DNA of 64,000 nucleotides, taken from Adineta vaga. Taxonomy: Eukaryota; Animalia; Rotifera. Under the pieces are notes generated by a model that searched no databases, was not told where the DNA came from, and saw only the letters and a program-made list of their open reading frames with translations. Location: positions 4,836,001 through 4,900,000 of the forward strand of contig CP075493.1 in the NCBI GenBank assembly GCA_021613535.1, read 5' to 3'. The translations under genes were made by a program, and so were the position numbers. Positions 49,490-62,052 of the stretch are shown piece after piece; the first letter of the stretch is position 1; the number at the start of each line of letters is the position of its first letter.

Positions 49490-52400
49490 ATGATTTCTTC
49501 GTCAGCTGGACCATTATCCTTACGCGATCGTCATATCGGTTAGTCTTAGTAAAACTTCTTTTCTTGAAAACATGTAAAATGTTATGTATCTTTTTTAGCT
49601 ACTCTCAAACAAATGCTCAATTTAAATACTTCTCCAATGACTGTATTGAAAACCACTGGGGAAGAATTAGCATGGAAAGTTTTAACATATGATGAACTCG
49701 GTCAAGATATCATTTCACCCTTATTAACTGTAAAAGAACTACGTGATTTAGGTGTGACACTACATGTGTATGTATTCATTTTTCGTCAATTTAATAAACA
49801 TCAATATATTCTGTACTTTCAGGTCACTAAAATCAGAACGTGATCCAGTCGATGAAATTGCTGCTGTGTATTTTATAATGCCAACAAGAGATAATATTAC
49901 TCGAATAGCAAAAGTAAAACGTTTTCAACAAAAAAAATGATGTTTATTATATATATATATATAATATATAGGATTTAGCTGATGGTTTATATGAATCATA
50001 TTATTTGAATTTTATTGCACCTATTCCACGCGATCTTTTGGAAGAATTAGCAACAGCTGCATTAGAATCAAATTCTCAACAGTGTATAACTAAGGTAAAT
50101 GAATATAAGAATGAATTTCATGACTTACAATTAAATTTTTTTAGATTTATGATCAATATCTCGATTTTATCACACTCGAAGACGAATTATTTTGTTTGAG
50201 ACAAACAGGAAGAAATAGTATATCGTATTATGGTAAGTAAGAACGTATTGTTGATTATAAAAATATCAATTAACATATATTTTGTAGCGCTCAATCGTCC
50301 ACAAATGCGTGATGACGAAATGGATGCAATCATCACAACAATTGTTGATAGTCTATTTTCCGTATGTGTAACATTAGGTATATAGAAAACATAAAATTTT
50401 TTATGTGAATCTAAAGTTTGATTGAAATTTTGTTTAGGTTCAGTACCAATCATTCGATGTCCAAAAGGTGAAGCAGCTGAAATCATAGGCGAAGTGTGTT
50501 TGATTCATTTCTAGATAAACTATTTCTAATTTGTATTCTTTTCCTCTTTCAGAAGCTTGATAAGAAACTACGAGAGAATCTACGTGATCCACGAAATAGT
50601 CTCTTTTCATCAGATTCCATGGCTACAGGAGCTTTAAGGTTAGTTAAACTATTTCTTATTCTTAAGATAATTATTCATTTCAATTAATTTTTATAGTTTC
50701 CAACGACCACTTCTTGTGATCCTAGATCGCAGTACTGATTTAGCTTCTCTTCTTCATCATACATGGACTTATCAAGCACTTGCTCATGATATCTTTGTAA
50801 ATCATCAATTGAATATAATTCAAGCCAATACAAATCATTTCTTTTCTAGGATTTTAAATTGAATCGAGTAGAATTTGAAGAAGTCGATGAATCTGTTGTA
50901 TTAAGTGATGGTCGACATCCATCAAAAAAACGTTCTTATGATTTGATTCCAACAGATCAATTCTGGAAACAACAAAAAGGAAAGTAAGACTAGAATAATC
51001 TTTTATTATCACAATAATCGAAGTTTTATGTTTTACTAGTCCATTTCCGAAAGTGGCTGAAGCAATTCAAGAAGACATAGAACGATATCGTCAATCCGAA
51101 GATGAAGTTAAACGACTTAAATCTCAGATGGTTTGTCTTTAGGAAAACTCTCATTTTTGACAATGAAATTTCATTTTATCTTCAATAGGGTATCGAAGGT
51201 GATGCTCAAGATTTAGCAATTAGTTTATTGAATGATACAACAAGTCGATTAACAAGTGCAGTGAGTTCTTTACCAGAATTATTAGAAAAAAAACGTTTAC
51301 TTGATGCACATACAAATATTGCTACGGCTGTTCTCGATGAAATTAAAGTAAATTAGTATTCTTTCTATTTTATAATTCTTTCTATTTTCTTTATATTAGA
51401 GACGAAAACTGGATATTTTCTATGAAACAGAAGAAAAATTAATGAGTAAACAAGTACAAGTAAACGATCATTATAAAACGATATTTTCCTTATTTTATGT
51501 TTGCAAATATTAATAGGAAAAATCTCTGATGGAAGTTCTTTCCGATCCTGCTGGTAAGTGAAAATTTTTCAAAATAATTAAACTCTACTATGAATTTAAT
51601 CTAGCTGGTACACCCGAAGATAAACTTCGTCTATTTTTAATTCATTACATCTGTACACCAACAATGACACAAGTATATGATCTTATGAAATTTCTTCGAT
51701 CAAAATATTTTTATCTTTCGAATTTTTAGGCAGAACTTGATCAATATACAGCAGTGTTACGAGGTTCGAAATGTACTTGTATAGATGCAATTAGTTATAT
51801 TAAACGGTGGAAAACAATCAGTAAAATGAGTGTTGTTTCACAAGCAAGAGAAGGTGGAATTACAACAACTATGGGGTAAGAAAGAAAGTACTGAGATGTG
51901 TACACACTATACTTAACATATGTTCTGATTTTTAGAATGTTTTCAAATTTGGTAAGCAAAGCTTCAAAATTTGCAATGGAAGGTGTTAAAAATCTTGGTA
52001 TTAAACAATATGTAAATAGATTTGTTTGTAGAATTATGATTTAATGAAAGTATGCATGTATTTCTAGAAATTACCAGTAACAAAAATTGTTGATAATCTA
52101 ATGGAATGTCGTTCATCACCTGAAACTGATGATTATCGTTATTTTGATCCAAAACTTCTTCGACCAACTGATGCGTAAGTGAAAACTAAATCTTTCTTTT
52201 CAATACAAAAAGAAAAACAATGAATGAAAATTCATCTATCGTTATCTTTTCTCCATAGCAGTAATTCATCTGAGGAACAGTAAGATAGATAAAAGCTAAT
52301 TCATAAACTAATACTGACAAACTATTCGAATGCATATCATTTTTCTTTGTTCATTTTGTTTTAGTGCAAATATTGCTCGTAATCGTCAAGGTTTTAATGA

Positions 52401-52625
52401 TGCCATTGTCTTTATGGTTGGTGGTGGTAATTATATTGAATATCAAAATTTACAAGATTATGCGAAACCAAGATCACCAGCACCACCCAAACATATTGTC
52501 TATGGTTGCACAGAATTGGTCAATGCATCACAATTTCTTGAACAAGTAAATTAATTATTATGTATAATTAAAATTAAGATTTTTCTTGGACTTTTTTTTA
52601 GCTTGCCAAATTGGGTCAATCGTAA
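49490..52625 (+). CDS. SCFD1: Sec1/Munc18-family protein Sly1
   Basis: WKVLTYDELGQDIISPLLTVKELRDLGVTLH, KLDKKLRENLRDPRNSLF, HHTWTYQAL, FMVGGGNYIEYQNL; about 20 short exons. Confidence 0.95.
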
Positions 52626-52806
52626 TCATCGTTATTCTTAGGATTCTCTTTCATTTTACCATTTCCTTTGGGTTGTTGTTGTGAATAAATTATTACGATT
52701 CTTGTTTTAAATGCTATTTTGTTCTTTTTCCTTCGTTTTATTCTTAAATCTTCATTTATAGATCATCGTTGTTTTCTTCTTCGCAATTCAGTTCATTTGA
52801 ATAACA

Positions 52807-53470
52807 ATGGTATGTTATAGAGATAATTTATTTCATACTGACATATTTGTTTCATTGTTTTAGTCGAAAAATTTCAAAGAAGAAGAGATTGATAGTAAGT
52901 TAATGAATCTATTTTGATGATCAATACTAAATGTGTGTGGATAGATTTTCGGCAATGTTTTCAATTATTTGCTCCACAAGGTTATGTTGATACGTCGGAT
53001 AAATTATGTTTTATAATGCGTTCATTAAGTATGGCACCGACCATTGCTGAATTGAAACGTTACTTTGCTAAATATAAAAAAGGTATTCGATAAAAATGAA
53101 GATTTCATCAATTTCGAGTCCGGAATTTTGTAGATGCTGGTGTTGTTGAATTTGATGATTTTCTCAAAATTGTTTTGGAACATCGTTCAACTGAAAATGC
53201 AGCTAATGAAATTTTAGCTGCATTTCAACAGTATGACACACAACGACTTGGTTATGTTGATGCCAAACAATTGAAATACATTTTAACAAATACGGGAGAG
53301 AAATTAACTGATCGAGATGGTAAATCAGAATAAATATACTATATTTATGAATTGTTCTCATTTTTCTAGTTGAACTTATGCTTCGTGAATTAAATGTCGG
53401 TTCAGATGGTCGTGTTTTCTATGATAATCTTGTTCATATGATGACACAACCATTAGCTGCACGTCGTTAA
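52807..53470 (+). CDS. CALML4: Calmodulin-like protein 4 (EF-hand)
   Basis: Not in ORF track. ATG|intron|SKNFKEEEIDNFRQCFQLF...MRSLSMAPTIAEL...EFDDFLKI...EILAAF...TNTGEKLT...YDNLVHMMTQPLAARR*. Confidence 0.82.
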
Positions 53471-54313
53471 ATGAACAATACTTTCTTAATAATAGGTATA
53501 AATATCTACAGACACATTCCATTGAAATCTAATACTAAACTTACTAATACTCATTGCAATCTACTCGGGATTTTTAGTGAAAAACAAAACAAATTGTTCC
53601 ATTTTTATCTGTTTTAATTTGTTGTACTTTTATCACATTGTCTCATAATAATAAATTGACTTTTTAGTATGAATATATAGATCAAATACCTACCTTTCAT
53701 CATTTACCTTTGTAACAACTATCAACCAGAATCATTTCTTAAATCTTTCCTCGAATACGAACTTTATAATTAACGTGAGTACTTCTGCTAGTAGAAGATC
53801 GGTGGTAGAACAATGGAATGGACACTCCTCAATCTAGTTTTCAATCGTTGTTAAAATCATCTGATATTATCGAACTCGCTCAATTATCAATGGCATGTTG
53901 TATTTGTTTGTGAGAAGTATCACTTCTATTGTCTTGTACATTGACAATAGTTTCATGTTTGATATTGACCATAATGAGACTGACATGCATCATTCTTACT
54001 AAACGCTTGATTTTGGAACGAACATTAGCTGTAACTAGGATAGTAACGTTTATCAGATGCAATATCAGGTTTTCACTGATCTTCAATTTATTATTTTCAT
54101 CCAATGCACTATTTTTACAATCAGTATGTGTATCCGTATATGATTGTTATCACATATAATAAAAAGTATCAAATCGCAGGTTATACAATTCATAATAAAA
54201 CATCTTTTTTCAACAGCTAACAAAACGTTTTATATCATTTTATTACTTGCATAGATACAACGAACAAAACAAGTACTTTTACCTGTTGTTATTCATTAAT
54301 TTAGCGATCAAAA

Positions 54314-55390
54314 ATGCCAGGAGGTAGACATTGTATGATATGTGACAAAGGTGGTATTATTATGTTATGTGATAGATGTCAACAAACATTTTGTGATAAA
54401 CATATCAATGAACATCGACAACAATCTTCTCATCAATTAGACTCTTTAATTCAAGAACATGATCTAATACAAGAAGAACTTAAACATTCATCGAAGAAAC
54501 ATTCGTTATTCAAAAGTATCGATCAATGGGAAAAGGAATCAATTGTAAAAATACAAACAACAGCCGAAAACGTTCGAAATGAATTACGACAAATGATTGA
54601 CGATGCGAACGAACGACTTGCATCTGCATGTCATGATGTTGTTAACAATCTTCAAAAGACTCGTGAAGCTCGACAATTTTGTGATAATGATCTCAAACGA
54701 TCAATGCAACAATTACAACAATTAAAAATGAAACTGGCTTCACCATTATCGGCTGATTTAATCGAAGATACAAAGTCCATCATTCATTTAATTAGTATTC
54801 AGGGAACAGATTTTATGCATAAGGAATTAGAAAAAACGAAAGTATATACCGTTTCAAAACGTTTACCAACAAGTGGTGGTATTCAAGAAAAGTTTGCCAA
54901 AGTTATCGGCTCTGCTATAATTAATGAAGAAGGTTTTCTTGTACGACATCATGGTCAAAATTCGACATTTGCATACATTTTCGGTGAACAACTCTATTCC
55001 AAAGGTAAACATACAATTCGTTTCAAAATCGAACAAAGTCAAATGCCGTATAATATCTTTTTCGGTTGTATTTCATCTCAATTTAATTCAGATCAAATTC
55101 ATTATGATTCACCATGGGTTGCAGGATGGTTTGGACACAACGAAGTTCATCATCATGGTATAACAAATAGAAATTCTGAAATGCATGGTTATGAAAGTAA
55201 TAAAATTGAAACATATGACGTCTTATCATTGACATTAGATTGTGATCATCGGCAAATTGAATTATATCCCGAACGTTCAAAGAAAATTCATGAATTAGCA
55301 GTTAATCTAGAAAAAGCACCTTTTCCATGGCAATTATTCGTCGTATTAACCTATAAAAATGATTCTGTAAGAATTTTACATAATAAATAA
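54314..55390 (+). CDS. Intronless B-box-like zinc finger, coiled-coil and SPRY/B30.2-like protein (RING-less TRIM-like)
   Basis: CxxC...CxxC...FCxKHxxEH, coiled coil (IDQWEKESIVKIQ), C-terminal beta domain (YSKGKHTIRFKIE, DVLSLTLDCD, PFPWQLFV). Confidence 0.8.
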   Translation: MPGGRHCMICDKGGIIMLCDRCQQTFCDKHINEHRQQSSHQLDSLIQEHDLIQEELKHSSKKHSLFKSIDQWEKESIVKIQTTAENVRNELRQMIDDANERLASACHDVVNNLQKTREARQFCDNDLKRSMQQLQQLKMKLASPLSADLIEDTKSIIHLISIQGTDFMHKELEKTKVYTVSKRLPTSGGIQEKFAKVIGSAIINEEGFLVRHHGQNSTFAYIFGEQLYSKGKHTIRFKIEQSQMPYNIFFGCISSQFNSDQIHYDSPWVAGWFGHNEVHHHGITNRNSEMHGYESNKIETYDVLSLTLDCDHRQIELYPERSKKIHELAVNLEKAPFPWQLFVVLTYKNDSVRILHNK

Positions 55391-56158
55391 ATTGAAACAG
55401 AATTTCATATGATTCATAATTAACTAGATAATTTAGATGTAATCATATTCTTTATTTTTTGTTCTTCATCATGTGTTAATAAGAGACATTTTCCTGCGAA
55501 GTAATTGACAAAAATGGCTACGAAAGTATGTGAGAACAAGTAATATTATGATGTATTTTGTACTGAACATTCATGTTAACATCTATCCCAAAGGAAAGAT
55601 TTTTACAAGTATTCAACGCTGCTATACTTGAAAATAATTACAAATACGTGTTCATTTGTGACGAACGACTATACTCTCGCTTGGTCGATATAGGATGTGT
55701 TGTATAGTAGAATTTGAAGGACAATGCCAACACTTGCGATGACATTTAGAATTTCATTTAGTGTAATTAAAACTTTTACTATCTACCTTTGAATAGCATC
55801 GTATTTATAAGTAGTTTATAATAGATAAGATTTCGTGACTGACATAAAAATGATAGTCATGCAAGCTCATCTGTTCGAGATAAAGATAAATTCTACTATT
55901 GACAATCTGTGCTCGTTTTTCTTGAACAATTATTCATTCTTACAATCTAATAATCCTTTACTGTATGGCATATGCCCATAAATAAAAGTCATAAAAGTTC
56001 ATTTGTCAATCAAAGTAACTCGTTATGTCAACGATTTCTGAGTAATTTATTCTAGAAAAATTTCAACAACAAAGAAAAATAATTAAATTAATATCACAGG
56101 ATGAAATAAGGCAAAGTAAATAATTCACAAAATAATAAAACATGAAAAAGCATAGTGA

Positions 56159-57753
56159 TTAACTCTTATTGGTTTGATGTGAATTGAAATGAGTTAAAAT
56201 AAATCCACTTGGTAGACAAGCAGCACCTGCATCTGCTCTCGGCATTTTCCTATGTTCTGCAATCTCTTTCCACGGTGTTTGACGAACAAAACGAATTAAT
56301 TTACATATTTTATTTTCACTTCTTTCTTTTCCAGCAATACCTTCGGTCATCATCGTTGCATTCGCACCGACAACATCAGCAAAATTCTTTAATTTATCAT
56401 CTAAGGACATTTTTTTTAATTCAGCTAGATTTTTATCATGTTTTTTATACCATAAATATGATTCATATAATTTCTTATCATCACCAATACGTTTTAAATC
56501 ATTTGCAAGTTCTTTAATTGAAGAATAATTGAAAATATTGATAAAAGAATGCTCTGGCATGTATCGTCGATGATCAGGTCGACCACTATAACTAGCAACA
56601 ATCGGTATTGAACCAGATTCCACTGCTTTCACTAATTTTTCCGTGACATAATCTGCACAATTGGAATTTTCGATTGCAATAACAAATTTATATTTCTTAT
56701 AAGCATTTGCATTGTCTACCATACGTGCACCATAACCTTGTCGATTATTTAAACATCCACCATACGAATCAACTTTGATTTCTTTCATCAATTGTTGAAC
56801 AAAATCTTGTCGACCATTGTGAGCCTGAAAAGAAACGAAGATATTCTAATCGAATATACTCAAAAGTTCACATAGTGAATCAAAATGAATTCTTTTCTTA
56901 TCAGATTAGAAGATATATTTTAAACTATACGAAAACATGTAAATATCAACTTACATTACAATTTGATATAATCCAAACAGCATATGCTTGTTTTTCTTTC
57001 TCTTCAAAAGGTACACTTGGTGGTGTTAATAAATCTATCAGATGTATATTCATATCGAAATAAGTAGCAGGCTCCGGATAACTATCATTTAAATTATATG
57101 TCATTATAAAATTATATTTTGCCCAAGCACCACCTGTTGAAGAATGTACTTCACTTTCCATAACATATGCCATCGTATATTGTTGACGTTCATTATTGAT
57201 TTGTAAACGATCAAATGGAATACCTGCACCGGCTTGACCATCATGTGAAATAATAAAGTCAACTTCTTCAACACGATTTTGTTGTCGAGTCCAAGTAAAT
57301 GTCGTACTCGATGATGCACATTCGACTTTTTCACCTTCATTTGCTCCGGAACCAAAAAATCCATTCCAATCAAGAACTAAGAAATGTGTTTTTAATGAAC
57401 GACCTTGTTCATCAACTGGCCATCCACTACTTCTAAAGAAATGAGGAAAAAAATGAATAGATGGCTTATTGCCTTTTACTATTTATCTAAGTAACAAGTA
57501 AATCATTCATGCATAGATCAACATACTTTTTTTGAGGAAGAATTTTTTGAATTATTCCTCCTGATCTGTTTGCAGGTTGTGGTGATGTACTTTTAATTTG
57601 AATGTCTATAGTTCTTGGAGGTTGAACTTGTTGTCGATGATTAAGATTGAATAAAATAAAGGCAATACTAAGCAATATACCAATTGTGAGTAAAAATGGT
57701 AATCGTCGTCGTGATCGACATATCGTTGATAAATGACGAATAACTAAACGCAT
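56159..57753 (-). CDS. GT10 alpha-1,3-fucosyltransferase-family protein
   Basis: Type II N-terminal TM; YVMESE, WIISNC, VDSYGGCLNN, YKFVIAIENSNCADYVTEKL, SFINI, YESYLWYK. Confidence 0.9.
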
Positions 57754-58353
57754 TGTACATATCGGTATAGAATGAAATTACTGAGTATTTTAATTAGCTA
57801 AGGCAATACATTGATAAGTGAGTATCTGCAAGAAAAAAAGAGAAAAAATAAAACCATCTTTTACTCATGTTTGGAGTAAGTTAGTTGACATCGAGTATGC
57901 ACGTTTTTTTTCTATATCGTTCTTTCACCTAGCTCGTGTACGTTATTAAAAAAATCTACCTTTTTTTTCTTCTCTCCTTCTCCTTTATTGATGTTACGAC
58001 TACGAAGTTTAAGGTGGTCTCGATAGTAAAATGTTCTGTTCTTTTTCTTTCTGTTGACATACTATATTTTGATGTACGATTAAAATTAAATCAATTTATA
58101 CAAATACTATTTTTCAACATGTGTAGTTTATCTTAATAAAATATTTTGTAAAAGAAATATATTCATCAATTTCATTCATCTAAATGGAACAATTATCAAA
58201 GTATATATATATATATATGATTCAATGCGCCATCTTTTGAATATGAAGATAAACTTGAGAAGAGGATATACCACAACAGTACATTCATTTATGGCTACGA
58301 AAAAAGTTTAAACATCATTAGATCATACTAGTACTTGAATATCGTGCAATAAT

Positions 58354-60065
58354 ATGTCATTGAAAAGTTTTCCAATCATTTTTATTAATATGGGTGGTGA
58401 AATGGTCTATATATTAGAACAGCGTTTATCTGCTCAAGAAATAGTTGACCAGAAAGCGACAAAAGGTAATCATAATAATGAATAATTGATAATTTAAGAA
58501 AGTGAAAATGATTTGCTTAGTAATCAATGATATTGTTAGTGCAATGTTTAATGGAAAATTTATTGAAGAATTATTTCGACCACAAGAACTCTATCCGAAA
58601 AAAGCAGTGAAACATATTTTTGAAAAAGTTGCGCATTCAAGTATTATGCGCTTGAATGAAGCAAGTATGGACAAAGTACGTTTAGATTTCAATTTCATTT
58701 CTAAATTCGAAAAAAAGATCATTCTTTTGTATATTTAGTTATATGATTTAATGACAATGTCTGTTAAATTTCAAATCATGCTTTGTCCATGTGCATCGGA
58801 TATAATGAAAGTGACATATAATCATGTTAATTCCATGCGAAAATTAGTTCGTAGTTCGGCAGTACTTGATCTATTAGATAAAGCATTTATTGCATTTAAT
58901 AAGGTTAGTAGTTTAATAAGAAGAAATCATGTATTACGGATGAATTATTTAGCAATATGAACGATTGAATGATGTTGAATGGTTCTTAATTCGTGATACA
59001 ATTCTATTCTACTTTCAAGATATTCATATTCGGGTAAAAAATTTAAGTTTGAAAATATAGCAAATTCATGTAGATGAAATATAGGTATCAATCTTCTTAC
59101 GAGAAAATTTACAAAATCAACAAGGTCAATTTATAATGAGTACAGATGGAATTGTTCCAACTGGTTTTCAACCACCCGGTGAAATTCGGTTTGTATTGAA
59201 CTTACCATACAGATTAATTCATTGCTTTTGGTTTTCTAATATAGAACATATAAACGTGGTCGTTTAAATCATACACATACATTTGATGCTGGTGAACGTC
59301 ATGAACCATCCGATGAAACACGTTCTTTTCGTTTGGGTTTGAATATGTAAGAAAAAATTGATTTTTGATAAATATCATTCTCAATCGTTTTTGCGTCTTA
59401 GTTATACGAAAAGTAAACATGCCGATACTAATTTATTGAGCGATACGGCTATTCGTCATTCAACTGTACCAGTCAATGCTTCATCTGACATCGTACGTAA
59501 TTGTTTATTAGCCATGGTTTAAAAAAGTAAACTTTTGTGTACATTTAGGAAATGATTCATCCTGATCCAAAAATGATTGCTCAATTAAATTTACTTTCTG
59601 ATCTTATTGGTAATAGTAGTGGTGGAGATTCTTCACGATCAGGTCTTGTCAAATTATCATTATTCGACGATGAAGAAGATGACGAAGAAGATATTCGCCC
59701 ATCGTAAGTATCTATGATATATACGTATGCAGTTTTTCTTGATAAAAAGATCTTCTCTAGACGTCAAACACGTTCTCAAACATCAACAAAAGATCAACGT
59801 CCGAAAAATGAAGATGTTACAATCGATGTATCAAATGTGAGTTTTCGAAAAAATAGACATACACGTTTGATAGATGCAATTTGTTTCCATTTAGCGAAGT
59901 CGAAATGCACTTTTATCACATGTTTTACATGATTTTGATTTTGATGATCAACCAACACGTCGAGGAAGAAAAGGTAATAATGACAATAAAAACGAGGATG
60001 ATGATGATGATGATTTATGTTCAATGATGGATCGCTTACCAAATAGTGGCAATAAACGACGTTAG
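58354..60065 (+). CDS. OSCP1: Organic solute carrier partner 1
   Basis: MSLKSFPIIFINMGGEMVYILEQRL, AHSSIMRLNEASMDKLYDLMTMSVKFQ, RVSIFL; acidic tail DDLCSMMD. Confidence 0.92.
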
Positions 60066-60433
60066 TATCCTTTTCTTTATGTGAAATATGGGCAATATAG
60101 TTTATCAAATTTTAAGTGAAAAAAAAATCAAAGTTTATGGTATTTTAAAATAGATGTTGTATTTGTATGTCTTTTATTATTATCTTGAAGAAATAAATAC
60201 TAACAAGATTTATTACTGACAACATTTTTTTAGAAGAATTGAAGAATGAACAGAATATTCTATCGAATCATCATTAATAAATTTTATTGGCAATCTGCAT
60301 AAGGAAAGCTCTTCTAGTCATTAACTTATTTGTTAACAAAATTGCATTACATTAAAGACACAAAAAAAACTTGACTTTAGAGTGAATTAACTAGTTAATA
60401 TACAACTATCATGGACATGAAAATTTAAAATCT

Positions 60434-61772
60434 TTATAAATCTTCCAAAAAATCGATATGCGCTGATGGTGAAGGTGATGCTTTATCTACAGTAACATCA
60501 TCAATGCTACTAATTTGACTCATACTTTCGTCATCATATTCGATGAGAATATCTTTATTTCCATTCGTTGATGGTTTTTGTATTGTCGTTCTTGTTCGTG
60601 GTGTTTCATCTCCATCTCCACCATTACCAATAATATCTTCGATATTCTTCAAATGATTTAATGCAGCTGGTGTTGCATTACGTCGTGAAAATAATGAGGA
60701 TGTCGTCGAATCATCATCTTCATTTGCACTATTATTATTAAAATTTAATAATGGTGGTGGTAATATATCAGAACTCTTCTTAACAGCAGTTTTATTTGAA
60801 TCAGTTGTTGTAGGTAATGGAAAATCATAAACTTGTTTACGTGGATTTTCTGAAGATGATGTTGATATTGAAGAAGAATTCGATTCAGATGGTGGAGATG
60901 TTGCACGACGAGCACGCGTAGTTACTTGACCATTGCGTGCCGATAACGGTTGCAATGGTGTACTAGAAAAGAAAACAAAAGATGAATTCTTATTGTTTAA
61001 AATAAACTTACACAGGCGATGTTTGTTTGATAGGACTTGTCTGTGGTATTAATGCTTGAGAACAAGCTTGTAACCATTTTAAACAGATTTGTTCATAATC
61101 GATTTTTGCCATAGATGTTGATGAAAATGGTAGATTTTTATTAAGGAAAGCTTCGAGTACAGTTGCATCAAATGCTGGTGAAAATAATGAACGAAAATGT
61201 TCTCGTACACGATTGATATCATTGATTTTTTCGGTTGAAAATTTCATATCAATTGATTGTTTTATATGATCTGGAAGAGAAGTAATTTTCTCGACCTAGA
61301 AGCAAAAAAGAATAAATACATGTTCGATTTCCATTCTAATCTTATTTGAACTTACTCGATGGTGACTTTGATTAATTAGGGCATGTAAAATTGGTTGAGA
61401 TTTATTGTATATTGCATCGAGATGTAATTCTTCTACTAATTCACTATGTGTCAATGGTGACGGATGATTAGGACCGGATGCTTCAACTTTAAAGACATCA
61501 TGAGTATATAATAATCGTGATTGTTCTAACCAATCAAGAACAAGTGCACGACATATACGACCTGTAGTACCTTCATAGCCAGGTGTATTTGTTACGTCAG
61601 ATGGATTGGCTGCTTTTTCAATTGTTTTAAAAACAGCAGCACGTAATTGAGCTTTTAAATGTGTTATTAAACCATCACGTTCAAGTGATTGATAGACTAA
61701 TTCACGTAGTTCAATATCATTTTCATTACGTTGATCAAGAAGATCATCACCATTGGTACTATCTACAGACAT
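60434..61772 (-). CDS. CEP43: FOP/FGFR1OP (CEP43)-like LisH centrosomal protein
   Basis: ELRELVYQSLERDGLITHLKAQLRAAVF, LisH-like LVLDWLEQSRLLYTHDVFKVE, low-complexity middle, C-terminal DVTVD...DFLEDL. Confidence 0.8.
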
Positions 61773-62052
61773 ATTCAATTTAATTAACCTACTGTGAATA
61801 AAATATGAACAACTCCATGACAACAATGGTCGAAGTTTCTATTGGTTGAAAGTTTTTATAAAATTATTGAATCATTTTTTCCCATGCGAATGTTATGTCA
61901 AAAAATTAGAATGAATCATATTTTTCGAAAGTTTTTACTTAAATATACATTTACTATAGATGTCACTAGATGAATTTCTACTACTCATTCTCATTCATAC
62001 TCAGCTAAGAAGGTTATTGATCAACGATTTCTTGTTATTTCAAATCTTATTT
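61773..62052. promoter_or_regulatory. Candidate compact bidirectional promoter between FOP/CEP43 and GDPD
   Basis: Head-to-head start codons 280 nt apart; inverted CCAAT (attgg) at about 61841. Confidence 0.5.
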
